From an uncultured delta proteobacterium (GTDB taxonomy: Bacteria > Myxococcota_A > Polyangia > Haliangiales > Haliangiaceae): 64,000 nucleotides of DNA. Under the pieces are notes generated by a model. That model made no database searches and was not told where the DNA came from. It was given only the letters and a program-made list of their open reading frames with translations. The translations under genes were made by a program, and so were the position numbers. Positions 32,114-42,160 of this stretch are shown here, piece after piece. The stretch is from positions 4,288,001 through 4,352,000 of the forward strand of contig CAWKDB010000010.1 in assembly GCA_963848295.1 (NCBI GenBank), in the 5' to 3' direction. Numbering within the stretch: position 1 is the stretch's first letter; every line of letters begins with the position of its first letter.

Positions 32114-32133
32114 GCCGCGGGCACAGTCTCGCG

Positions 32134-33612
32134 GTGCCGACTGCGATGTTCGTGCTGGAGGTCGTCGCGATCACCGCGGCGGTCGTGGTACCGGCATACT
32201 TCCTCGTCGGTCGCACGCTCGAGCGCACGATCGCGTGGCGCTACCTGTACGTCGTGACCGCGGGTCGAGGCGCGCGCACCGGCATCGTCCTGTCGGGCGT
32301 CGTGATGGTCATCGGCACCGCCGCGCTCGTGATCTCTCGTGGCGAGAATGCGTACGGCGTGCTGCTGCTCGTCACGGGGATGATCATGGGATCGGTGTTC
32401 CTGTTGCTGTCCGTGTTCTCGGTGTTCACCACCGTGTCGGTGCTCGGCGTGATGCTCGGCGTGAGCGCGCTGACGATCGTGTTGTCGGTGACGACCGGCT
32501 TTCAAAAAGAGTTTCGCGACAAGGTGCTCGGGGTCAACGCGCACGTCATCATCGAGAAGTCCGAGATGACGTTTGCGGACTATCGCGAGGTCATGAAGGT
32601 CGCCCGCGGGGTGGATCCCGACGTGCTAGGTGTCCAGCCGTTCATTCTCGCGCCGATGCTCGTCACTCGCGGTCAAGGCGTGTCGTCGGGCGTCGCGCTC
32701 AAGGGCGTCGATCCCGAGCTCGTCAACTCCGTGCTCGATCTCGACAAGCACATGGTGCCCGGCGCCGGCTCGGTCGCGTCGCTCGCGAAGCCGCTCGGCC
32801 CACACGACGAACCGCCGATCATCTTGGGCAAAGCGCTCGCCGAAAAGCTCAAGGCGAAGGTCGGCGACGATGTCACCGTCGTCGTGCCCCTCTCGAACAT
32901 CGACTTCGACACGCTGCAGGCGAAGTCCGGGGCGCCGACCTCGCGCAAGTTCAAGGTCACCGGGATCTTCGACGTCGGATTCGACGAGTACGACCGCGCG
33001 CTGATGTACACGTCGCTGCAGGCATCGCAGGATCTACTGGGTCGCGGCGATCAGGTGCTCGGCGTCGAGCTCAAGGTCAAGGACGTCAACCGCGCGGCCG
33101 AGATCGCCCACAAGCTCGAGGTCCTGCTCGGCCCGCCGTTCACGGTGCAAGACTGGTACGACCTCAACCACAACCTGTTCACCGCGCTCGATATCCAGCA
33201 ACTCGTGCTCGTGGTGATCTTGACGCTGATCATCATCGTGGCGGCCGTGAACATGGTGTCGGCGCTGACGATGATGGTGACGGACAAGACGCGCGAGATC
33301 GCGATCCTGAAATCGATGGGCGCGACCTCCGGCAACATCGGTCGCACGTTCCAGATCCTCGGCCTCGCGATCGGGGGCGTGGGCACTGGCTTCGGTCTCG
33401 CGATCGGCTTGGTGATTTGCTACGTCGTCGCGGGCTATGGCTATCACCTCGATCCGAAGGTCTATCTGATCGACAAGCTGCCGATCGAAGTCCAACCGCT
33501 CAAGATCGGCCTCGTCGCCGGCTTGACGATGGTCATCAGCTTGGGCGCGACCTGGGCGCCCGCGCGCACGGCTCAGGCGCTGACCCCGATCGAAGGCCTG
33601 CGCTACGACTAG
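32134..33612 (+). CDS. LolC/E-family ABC transporter permease (copy 2)
   Basis: Colinear, highly similar paralogue of 30638..32113; ends TPIEGLRYD. Confidence 0.9.
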   Translation: MPTAMFVLEVVAITAAVVVPAYFLVGRTLERTIAWRYLYVVTAGRGARTGIVLSGVVMVIGTAALVISRGENAYGVLLLVTGMIMGSVFLLLSVFSVFTTVSVLGVMLGVSALTIVLSVTTGFQKEFRDKVLGVNAHVIIEKSEMTFADYREVMKVARGVDPDVLGVQPFILAPMLVTRGQGVSSGVALKGVDPELVNSVLDLDKHMVPGAGSVASLAKPLGPHDEPPIILGKALAEKLKAKVGDDVTVVVPLSNIDFDTLQAKSGAPTSRKFKVTGIFDVGFDEYDRALMYTSLQASQDLLGRGDQVLGVELKVKDVNRAAEIAHKLEVLLGPPFTVQDWYDLNHNLFTALDIQQLVLVVILTLIIIVAAVNMVSALTMMVTDKTREIAILKSMGATSGNIGRTFQILGLAIGGVGTGFGLAIGLVICYVVAGYGYHLDPKVYLIDKLPIEVQPLKIGLVAGLTMVISLGATWAPARTAQALTPIEGLRYD

Positions 33613-33644
33613 GCTCGAGCGCACCAGTTAGTAGAACTGATAAA

Positions 33645-33666
33645 TTAGTTGCATTCATGCAACTAA
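33645..33666. promoter_or_regulatory. Perfect AT-rich palindrome, probable regulator binding site
   Basis: TTAGTTGCAT-TC-ATGCAACTAA within a markedly AT-rich intergenic stretch. Confidence 0.65.
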
Positions 33667-33764
33667 AGTTGTCTGTGAGCAATATAACGGGATCTGCACT
33701 CGTGTAATCTCAAGTGGTTATCTTTACCTACATTGGCTCACCCTTTGTAGTAGGGCTCGCCATC

Positions 33765-34529
33765 ATGCGGACCCTCAACACTCTCCTCACTGTTCTCGCT
33801 CTCTCGTTCCCCGTCAGCCTCGTCGCTTGCACCGATGACGGCACCGACACCAGCGACACCGACGCCGATGCCGCAGGCACGGGCTCGTTCGACCTGTGGC
33901 AGTCGACCGACGGCTGGCACTTTCACCTCAAGGCGGGCAACGGCAACATCCTGCTCGCTTCCGAGGCGTACACGAGCCGCACCGGCGCGATCAACGGCGT
34001 GCTGTCGATCGAGAACAATGGCGAAGACCCCGACATGTACCAGGTCGTGAAGGGCGCGAGCGGCTACCTGCTCCACCTGGTCGCGCCGAACAACGAGATC
34101 ATCGGCTTCACCCAGACCTACTCGTCGAAGTCGAACGCGACCCGCGCGATCGGCTCGTGCGTCCACGCGGTGACGAGCTTCGTCAGCCAGCAGGACGCAG
34201 ACACGACCGGCGCCCGCGTCGAGATCGCGCTCGGCGCGACGAACCAGTACCACTTCAACTTCCATGCGGCGAACGGCCAGATCGTCCTGACGTCGGAGAG
34301 CTACACCACGGAAGCCGCCGCGATCGACGGCGCGATGTCGGTGCAGGACAACGGCGCGAACGCGGCGAACTACAAGGTGCTCGAGGCCTCGGGCGGCACG
34401 TACTACTTCAACCTGATCGCGACCAACGGTCAGGTCATCGGCACGAGCCAGCAGTACTCGACCAAGGCCGACGCGACCCGGGGCGTCAACGCGGTGATCG
34501 CGCTCGTCCCGACGGTCAAAGTCCTCTAA
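33765..34529 (+). CDS. Lipoprotein with four YegP/DUF1508 repeats
   Basis: Lipobox LVAC; repeats FHLKAGNGNILLASEAY, LVAPNNEIIGFTQTY, FHAANGQIVLTSESY, LIATNGQVIGTSQQY. Confidence 0.85.
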   Translation: MRTLNTLLTVLALSFPVSLVACTDDGTDTSDTDADAAGTGSFDLWQSTDGWHFHLKAGNGNILLASEAYTSRTGAINGVLSIENNGEDPDMYQVVKGASGYLLHLVAPNNEIIGFTQTYSSKSNATRAIGSCVHAVTSFVSQQDADTTGARVEIALGATNQYHFNFHAANGQIVLTSESYTTEAAAIDGAMSVQDNGANAANYKVLEASGGTYYFNLIATNGQVIGTSQQYSTKADATRGVNAVIALVPTVKVL

Positions 34530-35989
34530 GACTTCACGACGCGGCCGAGGTGCAGACCTCGCCGGCGGAGCAGGCGGTACAGCGTGACGGCATTGATGCC
34601 GGCTTCGCGGGCCGCCTGTTTGACGTTCCCGGCGTGACGCGCGAGGAGCTCGGTGAGGTACTGGCGCTCGAGCGGATCGAGCCAGGTCTCTCGCGCTTGC
34701 TCGAGCGTCGGACCGGTCGGCTTGTGATGCGCCGCGGAGCTCGCGACGCGCTCCTGTAAAGGGCGCGGCAAGTCCTGGGCACGCAGCACGTCGCCGGTGC
34801 ACAGGATCATCGCGTGCTCGATCGTGTTCTTCAGCTCGCGCATGTTGCCGGGGAAGTCGTAGGCGGCCAGTCGCGCGAGCACCTCGGTGCCGAGCCGAGG
34901 CGCCGGCTTGCCGTAGCTGGCCGCCGCTTGCTCGAGGAACACGTTCGCGAGCACCTCGAGGTTGTCTTTGTAGCTACGCAGCGGGGGCAGCTCGAGCGTC
35001 ATGACACTGAGCCGGTAGTACAGGTCGTCGCGGAACGCGCCGGTCTTCGCCATCGCTTCGAGATCGCGGTTGGTCGCGCAGATCAGGCGCACGTCGACGC
35101 GATCGGGGGGCTCGTTCGAGCCGAGCGGCTGGACCTCGCCTTGCTCGACCGCGCGCAGCACCTTCGCCTGCAGCATGACCGGTAGCTCGCCGACCTCGTC
35201 GAGGAACAGCGTGCCGCCGTTCGCCTTCTGGAACTCGCCGACCTTATGAAAGCTCGCGCCGGTGAACGCGCCCTTGACGTGACCGAACAGGATCGATTCG
35301 AGCAACGTCTCCGGAATCGCCGCACAGTTGACGGTGACGTACGGCTTGTCGATCCGCTTGCTGTTCCAGTGAATCGCGCGCGCGACGAGATCTTTGCCGG
35401 TGCCGCTCTCGCCGCGAATCAGGATCGGCGCTTGGGTCGGTGCAGCGAGCTCGAGCTTGCGTTCGACCTCTCGCCACGCTGACGATAGCCCTTTGATCAA
35501 CAACGGCCGGCCGGTGGCCGCGCGTGACAGCTTGTCGACTTGGACGCGGCGGAGCAGTGGCGCGCCAACCTCGGCGATCGCGGCGATACTGCGCAGCGCT
35601 TTCGCATCGAGCCCGCGCGGTTCGCGGGTCGAGACGGTGAGCACGCCGATCGGCCGGCGTTGATACTGGATCGGCGCTGCGGCGATACAGCCGACGTCGA
35701 TCAGGTAGCGCGTGTACAGCGGATCGCGCGACGTGTCGGGCGACAGGTACGGCTCGTCGGTGTCGTAGACGTGGCCGGCGATGCCGGCGCGCCCGTCGGC
35801 CTTGACGACGCGCGGCAACGTCACCGTGACGCCGCCGACGACGTGATGGACGAGCGCGAGCCCACCGGCGGTCTTGTCCCAGACGAACAGCGCGCCGTGC
35901 TCGGCGCCGGTTTGCTCCATCGCGACCGCGACGAGCTCGGCCTCGACCGCGACCGCGCCGTGGAGTCGGCTATCGATGCTCGCGGTCAT
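34526..35989 (-). CDS. GAF-domain sigma54-dependent transcriptional activator
   Basis: GESGTGKD, LFGHVKGAFTGA, FLDEVG and FPGNMREL motifs; C-terminal HTH. Confidence 0.92.
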   Translation of the reverse strand: MTASIDSRLHGAVAVEAELVAVAMEQTGAEHGALFVWDKTAGGLALVHHVVGGVTVTLPRVVKADGRAGIAGHVYDTDEPYLSPDTSRDPLYTRYLIDVGCIAAAPIQYQRRPIGVLTVSTREPRGLDAKALRSIAAIAEVGAPLLRRVQVDKLSRAATGRPLLIKGLSSAWREVERKLELAAPTQAPILIRGESGTGKDLVARAIHWNSKRIDKPYVTVNCAAIPETLLESILFGHVKGAFTGASFHKVGEFQKANGGTLFLDEVGELPVMLQAKVLRAVEQGEVQPLGSNEPPDRVDVRLICATNRDLEAMAKTGAFRDDLYYRLSVMTLELPPLRSYKDNLEVLANVFLEQAAASYGKPAPRLGTEVLARLAAYDFPGNMRELKNTIEHAMILCTGDVLRAQDLPRPLQERVASSAAHHKPTGPTLEQARETWLDPLERQYLTELLARHAGNVKQAAREAGINAVTLYRLLRRRGLHLGRVVKS

Positions 35990-37419
35990 CGCCGCAGCCC
36001 GAGGCGCTTCGCGAGCGCCGCGCCGGCGGGCACGTTCGGATCGATCTGCAGCGCGACGTGGAGGTGCCAGCGCGCCGAGTCGGCATCGCCCGCCGAGGCG
36101 CACAACATGGCGAGTGCGACGAGCGCGCGTGGCCACGGTCGGCAGCCGAGCATCAGCTGCTCGAGGGCTCGGCGCTCGGTAGTCGCGGTCTCGCGTTGAT
36201 CTTTTCCCGACGCGACTTGGACGCGCAACCTCGCCCAGGCGAAGTTGGCCTCGTAGTCGGGGTGGCCGGGGTGATGCCGGCACGCGGTCGCGAGCTCGCT
36301 CATCGCGCGGTGCGCGTCGCCATCGCCGAGTGCTTTCTGGCCGCGCGCGAACGCATCGGCGGCGAGCTTCGCCGGGCCGGGCTCGATCGCCCACACCGTG
36401 CGCAGCGTCGCGAGGTTCTTGCGCAGCCAGTCGTGATATTTGCCGCGAGCCGCGTGATCGATCAGCACGCCGCGCGCTTTCTCGACGAGGTCCCACATCG
36501 GCTGGACCAGCCCCGCGACGTCGGCCAGGTCGTAACGCCCGGTCGATTGCGGCGAGTAGCGCCACGCAATGCGCTGGTACGCGTCCTCGATCTCGTCGTA
36601 CTCGGCCTGCGTGCCGATCTCGAGCACGTCGTAGTACGTCGACTTCTCGAGCCGCGCGTTGCGACCGCGGAGGTGGCCACGCAGCTCGTCGAGCGCGCGC
36701 CGCGCCGGCGTCGTGACGTCGCGAACCTCCGGCGTCAGATCGACCGCCCCCATCGACGCGAGGGTCCACAGCATGCGCGCGGCGCCGACGCCGTCGAGCG
36801 GACCGCTGCGGACGAGTGTCTGGATCGTCGATGCACCATCGATGTGCGCCGACGTCTCGAGCTCGGGCACGGTGAGCAGGCGCTCCTCGCGCAGTTGATC
36901 GAGCACGGCGGTCGGCGTTGCGTAGTGCTGCGCGTGCCAGCGCAGGGCCGCGCGCGGGATCTCGATGTCGACCTTGCGTGCGGCGACGAGCGTCTGCTGC
37001 CACGCCGCCGAGGTGTTGTCGGCGGGCGGCAGCTTCGTGGCGGCGCGCATGACGTGCCAGCGCATCCCGGTCGCGAGTCGCAGCTTTTCCGCGTCGCGGA
37101 TCGCGCTCGCGAGCGTCGAGATCTGCGCGGTCGAGGCGAGCAATGTGAGGCGCGCGCGGGGCGCTTGTTCGCGCGCCGCGGCCGAGCTTCCGATCGCGAC
37201 GATGCCGGGCACCGAGCGGTGGTCGCGCCACGCTTCGGCGACCTCGGCCATCCGCTTGCCGAGATGGTCGGCGTCGATGACCACGACCGCCGCGGCTTCG
37301 CCGCCGCGCGGGCCATTCGCGGCCGCCGCATCCCACGTCGCGGTGAACCCGGCCTGCTGGAGCGCTTCTTCGAGCTGCACTCCTGGCCCGACGTCAGCCA
37401 GCGCGATCAGCACCTGCAC
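35986..37419 (-). CDS. Pseudo-receiver + degenerate J-domain + TPR protein
   Basis: Receiver-like N-terminus; YYDVLEI...IEDAYQRIAWRYSPQ (HPD replaced by SPQ); C-terminal TPR-like helices. Confidence 0.72.
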   Translation of the reverse strand: MQVLIALADVGPGVQLEEALQQAGFTATWDAAAANGPRGGEAAAVVVIDADHLGKRMAEVAEAWRDHRSVPGIVAIGSSAAAREQAPRARLTLLASTAQISTLASAIRDAEKLRLATGMRWHVMRAATKLPPADNTSAAWQQTLVAARKVDIEIPRAALRWHAQHYATPTAVLDQLREERLLTVPELETSAHIDGASTIQTLVRSGPLDGVGAARMLWTLASMGAVDLTPEVRDVTTPARRALDELRGHLRGRNARLEKSTYYDVLEIGTQAEYDEIEDAYQRIAWRYSPQSTGRYDLADVAGLVQPMWDLVEKARGVLIDHAARGKYHDWLRKNLATLRTVWAIEPGPAKLAADAFARGQKALGDGDAHRAMSELATACRHHPGHPDYEANFAWARLRVQVASGKDQRETATTERRALEQLMLGCRPWPRALVALAMLCASAGDADSARWHLHVALQIDPNVPAGAALAKRLGLRR

Positions 37420-37421
37420 GT

Positions 37422-38414
37422 CTAATCCATCATCTCGACGAGATCGGTGACGAGCTGATCGACCGCGGTGCGCGCCGCGCGGATTCCACCGGCGAGGCTC
37501 AAGAAGCCGTGGACCAGCGATGGATGGCGGCGGTGGCGCACCGTGATGCCCTCGCCGCGCAAGCGCTCCGCCCACGCATCGCCTTCGTCGACGAGCGGAT
37601 CGAAGCCGGCGGTCACCACGATCGCGGGCGCGGAGTCTGCGACCGAGGGCCAGAACTTCGGCGAAGCGGCGCGCTGATCTCGCGAGCCGAGGTAGTGGTC
37701 GCGGAAGTACAGCATCGTCGGTTTCGTCAGCAGGTAGCCGAGCGCGAACTTGTCGATCGACGGCGACGTCAGCGTCAGGTCGACGAGCGGATAGATCAGG
37801 CCCTGGACGTCCGGTTGCCGGACACCGCGCGCGCGCGACAAATGATCGACCTGGGCCGCGAGGTAGCCGCCGAAGCTATCGCCGGCGACCGCGACGTTGC
37901 CACCGGCCGGCACGCGCTTGACGAGCTCGGTCCAGGCCGCGAGCGAATCGTCGACCGCCGCGGGATGCGGGTGTTCGGGTGCGAGCCGATAGTCGACCGA
38001 CGCGATCGTGCATCGCGTGTGCGATGCGAGATAGCGCGTGACCGGCTCCGAGCCCTTGACCGAGCCGATCACGCCGCCGCCGCCGTGGAGATACACGATC
38101 CAATTCTTCGACGCGCCGTGCGGCACGAACACGCGCACGGGCACGCCACCCGCGGTCGTGTCGATCACTTCGGCCATCGGCTCCGGCGTCAGCTCGGTGA
38201 CCGAGAGCCCTTCCTCGGCGAACTTGCGCGCGGCGGCCGGCGACATCGACTCGAGCGGCGGCATCTTCATCACGCGTTGGTACTCGAGCGCCGCAGCGAT
38301 CTGACGATCGAGCGTGAAGTCGATGCCCTTCGCTCGCTTCTGCCCGGCGAACCGGACGAAGCGATCGCTGCTCAGCAACATCTGGATCGCAGCTCGCAGC
38401 AAGCGCTCGCGCAC
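37422..38414 (-). CDS. Alpha/beta hydrolase, HSL-family esterase
   Basis: YLHGGG, YRLAPEHP, GDSFGG, DPLVDEG and HGF motifs. Confidence 0.92.
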   Translation of the reverse strand: MRERLLRAAIQMLLSSDRFVRFAGQKRAKGIDFTLDRQIAAALEYQRVMKMPPLESMSPAAARKFAEEGLSVTELTPEPMAEVIDTTAGGVPVRVFVPHGASKNWIVYLHGGGGVIGSVKGSEPVTRYLASHTRCTIASVDYRLAPEHPHPAAVDDSLAAWTELVKRVPAGGNVAVAGDSFGGYLAAQVDHLSRARGVRQPDVQGLIYPLVDLTLTSPSIDKFALGYLLTKPTMLYFRDHYLGSRDQRAASPKFWPSVADSAPAIVVTAGFDPLVDEGDAWAERLRGEGITVRHRRHPSLVHGFLSLAGGIRAARTAVDQLVTDLVEMMD

Positions 38415-38426
38415 GCCGCCACGATA

Positions 38427-39095
38427 TCACCATACGAAAGGGACGAGCCGATAGCGCACGCGCGCTCGATACGCCGGGTACCCGGCGAGCTCGGCATCCA
38501 GCACGCGCTCCTCGTCGAGCAGGCGCCAGACGATCACGGCGGCGAGCGGCGCGACCGCGAGGAGCGCGGGCCACGAGCCGAGCGCGAGCGGGATGCCGAG
38601 CAGCATCGCGATCGCGCTGGCGTACATCGGGTGGCGTACGATCCGGTACGGGCCTGTCGACACGACGTGTTGCTCGGCCTCGACCTGGATCGTTCCAGCG
38701 GTGAACGTGTTCGCGCGGAACACGCGCCACACCGCCGCGAGCCCCAGCGCCACGATCGCATCGCCCGCGACGACGATCGCGTCTGGGACGCGTGACCAGC
38801 CGAGCCGGCGATCGAGCGCGGCGACCACGAACACCGCGAGGAACGCGAGCTGCGCGATGCCCTGTGCCAGCTGCTGGCCGCGCCGTCGCTCGGCGAGCGG
38901 ACCGGCCTTGACGCGGCGGGCGAGCAACGCCGGATCGCGCACGGCGAGGTCGATGGTGATCGCGAGGACGCATGTACCGAACACCGCGAGGAACGCCCAG
39001 GCTCGCTCGTAGTCGAGGGTGCCGGCGACGCCGAACACCACGCCGCCGAGGACGCCGACGAGGAAGCCGAGGCCCAGCGCTGCTTTCGCTAGCAT
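38427..39095 (-). CDS. Isoprenylcysteine carboxylmethyltransferase/PEMT family membrane protein
   Basis: VVSTGPYRIVRHPMY; EERVL...GY..Y..RVRYRLVPFVW. Confidence 0.88.
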   Translation of the reverse strand: MLAKAALGLGFLVGVLGGVVFGVAGTLDYERAWAFLAVFGTCVLAITIDLAVRDPALLARRVKAGPLAERRRGQQLAQGIAQLAFLAVFVVAALDRRLGWSRVPDAIVVAGDAIVALGLAAVWRVFRANTFTAGTIQVEAEQHVVSTGPYRIVRHPMYASAIAMLLGIPLALGSWPALLAVAPLAAVIVWRLLDEERVLDAELAGYPAYRARVRYRLVPFVW

Positions 39096-39190
39096 CCGCG
39101 ACTATTATGACCCGCGAGCGGCCCCGATCGGCGGCGACGCCAGGCGGTGGCCGGGTTGCGTGCGACGGCGATTCGGGCGATGACCGGCCC

Positions 39191-40078
<888 letters not shown>

Positions 40079-40079
40079 C

Positions 40080-40259
40080 CTACTTCTTGCGCACGAGGCG
40101 CTCGGCGGCGATCACCGCGGCCGGCTTCGGTGACATCGCGATCGGATCGAGCTCGGTCGAGCCGCAGGCGAGGCACGCGCCATTGAGAACAACGTCGTGC
40201 ACGCAGTCGCCGCACGCGACGCACACGCCTTCGCGACGTTCGGGGTGAGAGCAGGTCAC
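40080..40259 (-). CDS. 59-aa protein with two CxH-x5-GxCxxCG motifs (putative Zn-binding); absent from the ORF track
   Basis: Hand translation: MTCSHPERREGVCVACGDCVHDVVLNGACLACGSTELDPIAMSPKPAAVIAAERLVRKK*. GTG overlaps the recD TGA and the ORF fills the gap to fabI. Confidence 0.75.
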   Translation of the reverse strand: MTCSHPERREGVCVACGDCVHDVVLNGACLACGSTELDPIAMSPKPAAVIAAERLVRKK

Positions 40260-42160
40260 GGCGACAGGCTACCGCTGATCCGATCGGCGAGCCCGGAGTA
40301 GCGCAGCGCGCTGCGTTTGACGCCGGTGGTGAGCAAGTCCTTGCCGCCTGCGATCACGACGCCGGTGCGTGCGCGGGTGAGGCCCGTGTAGAGCAGCTCG
40401 CGGGTGACGAGCGGCAGATCCTCGTGCGGCAACACGAGCGCGACCGCGTCGTACTCCGAACCCTGGCTCTTGTGCACGGTCATCGCCCACGACAGCTCGA
40501 GCCGATCGCGCAGGGGCTCGATCGCGAACGGCGCGAGCACGCCGCCGGTGCGAAACACGGCGCGGTAGCGGTGATGACCGCGTCCTTCGTCGGCGCGCAC
40601 GACGAGGCCTTGGTCGCCGTTGAACAGGCCGCGGTGATAGTCGTTCTGGGTCACCATGACCGGCTCGCCCGGGACGAGCTCGGGCCTGCCCGTCGTGGTC
40701 GTGCGGTCGAGCGCGAGCTGGTGGAGGTGCGCGTTGAGCGCGTCGGCGCCGGTCGCCTGGCCGCGCGTGACCGTGAGGATCCGCGCGCGCCCGACGAGCT
40801 CGAACAGCTCGAGCAGCTCCGCTTCCTGGGTCGGATCGATCACGCCGCCGGTGAATCGAAACACCGTGCGCGCGCGATCGTGGGCGCGCGGCCCGTCGAA
40901 GTGATGCCACAACGCGGCGACGACCTGGCGGGTCTGTTCGTCGCTGCGGGCGTCGACCCATTCGACGCCGCTCCACGTCAGCTGGCCCGGCGTGCGCGAG
41001 GGGCCGAGCTTCGGAATGGCGCCGCTGCGAATCGATCGAGCGGCCTCGAGCACGGCGCGTCCGCGCGGATCGGCGGAGTCCATGCGATAGCTGTGCTCGA
41101 GCGTCGCGACCCGGGCTTGCGTGGTCGCGAGATCCGCGAGGATCTGCCCGGCGTCGATCGCGGGCAGTTGGTGCGCGTCGCCGAGCAAGATCAGCGGAGC
41201 GGTGACCGGCAGCGCATCGAGCACCGCATCCATCAGCTCGAGATCGATCATCGAAGCCTCGTCGATGATGACGGCCCCGAACGGCAGCGGGCTCTGCGCG
41301 TGATGGACATAGTGCGTGTGACCGCGGCCGAGCAGGCGGTGCAAGGTCTGACCGACCGGCAAGTTCGCGACGAGCGCGCGGTCGAGCTCGGCGGGGTCGG
41401 CGATCGCGCGCAATTGCTCGCCGATCACTTCGGTCAGCCGATTCGCTGCCTTGCCGGTCGCCGCCGCGAGCGCGATCGGCGCGATCTCGAGTCGCGCGAG
41501 GCCACGGACGATCGCCGCGGCCACGACGGTCTTGCCGGTGCCGGGCCCGCCGGTGACGACCGCGAGCTGGCCGCCCAGCGCGAGCTCGACGGCACGCAAC
41601 TGTTCGTGCGACAGCGCGCGCTCGCCCGGTCGAGCGGCGAGCTCGGCGATCACGGCGGTCACGTCGCGCTGCGGTTGCGACGCGATCCGGACCGCCAGCC
41701 GAGCGGCGACGCGGCGCTCGAGCCAACGCGAGCGCTCGCTGTACAAGCAGCCGGCCTCGACGATCAGCGGCACGCGCGCATCGCCGGCGCCGACCACCGA
41801 GTCGAACCCCGGCGCGCCGGTCAGCCTGCCGATCGCGGCGAGGATCTTGCGGGCCTCGCCGTCGGGGAGCCCCGCGATCCGCACGATGTCGCCGACCAGC
41901 GTCTTCAACGGCCCCTTCGGATCGAGCGGCAATCGGGTCGAGCCCTGGCGCTGCGCGATCATCAGCGCGAGCACCAGCACGCCGAGCGCCTGCGCCTGAT
42001 CGCCGATCCACGGGTCGGCGCGCACGATCTCCTCGGCGAGGTACAGCGCTTCGTCGCCGAGATCGCAGCGCTGGGCACCGAGATCGAGCTGACGGAATAC
42101 ATCCGCGCCTACCTGCGGCTGGAACGCCGCGCGCAGCGTGCCCTTCGGATCGAGCGTCAC
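40256..42160 (-). CDS. recD: Exodeoxyribonuclease V alpha subunit
   Basis: TGGPGTGKT, TGKAANRL, TLHRLLG, DEASMID, LLGDAHQL, NGDQG, TVHKSQGSEY and LLYTGLTRAR motifs. Confidence 0.93.
   Translation of the reverse strand: MTLDPKGTLRAAFQPQVGADVFRQLDLGAQRCDLGDEALYLAEEIVRADPWIGDQAQALGVLVLALMIAQRQGSTRLPLDPKGPLKTLVGDIVRIAGLPDGEARKILAAIGRLTGAPGFDSVVGAGDARVPLIVEAGCLYSERSRWLERRVAARLAVRIASQPQRDVTAVIAELAARPGERALSHEQLRAVELALGGQLAVVTGGPGTGKTVVAAAIVRGLARLEIAPIALAAATGKAANRLTEVIGEQLRAIADPAELDRALVANLPVGQTLHRLLGRGHTHYVHHAQSPLPFGAVIIDEASMIDLELMDAVLDALPVTAPLILLGDAHQLPAIDAGQILADLATTQARVATLEHSYRMDSADPRGRAVLEAARSIRSGAIPKLGPSRTPGQLTWSGVEWVDARSDEQTRQVVAALWHHFDGPRAHDRARTVFRFTGGVIDPTQEAELLELFELVGRARILTVTRGQATGADALNAHLHQLALDRTTTTGRPELVPGEPVMVTQNDYHRGLFNGDQGLVVRADEGRGHHRYRAVFRTGGVLAPFAIEPLRDRLELSWAMTVHKSQGSEYDAVALVLPHEDLPLVTRELLYTGLTRARTGVVIAGGKDLLTTGVKRSALRYSGLADRISGSLSP

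Noticed and set aside
30685..32133. Long N-terminal extension of the second permease in the ORF track
   Set aside because: Off-frame overlap with the first permease; paralogue alignment puts the start at 32134.
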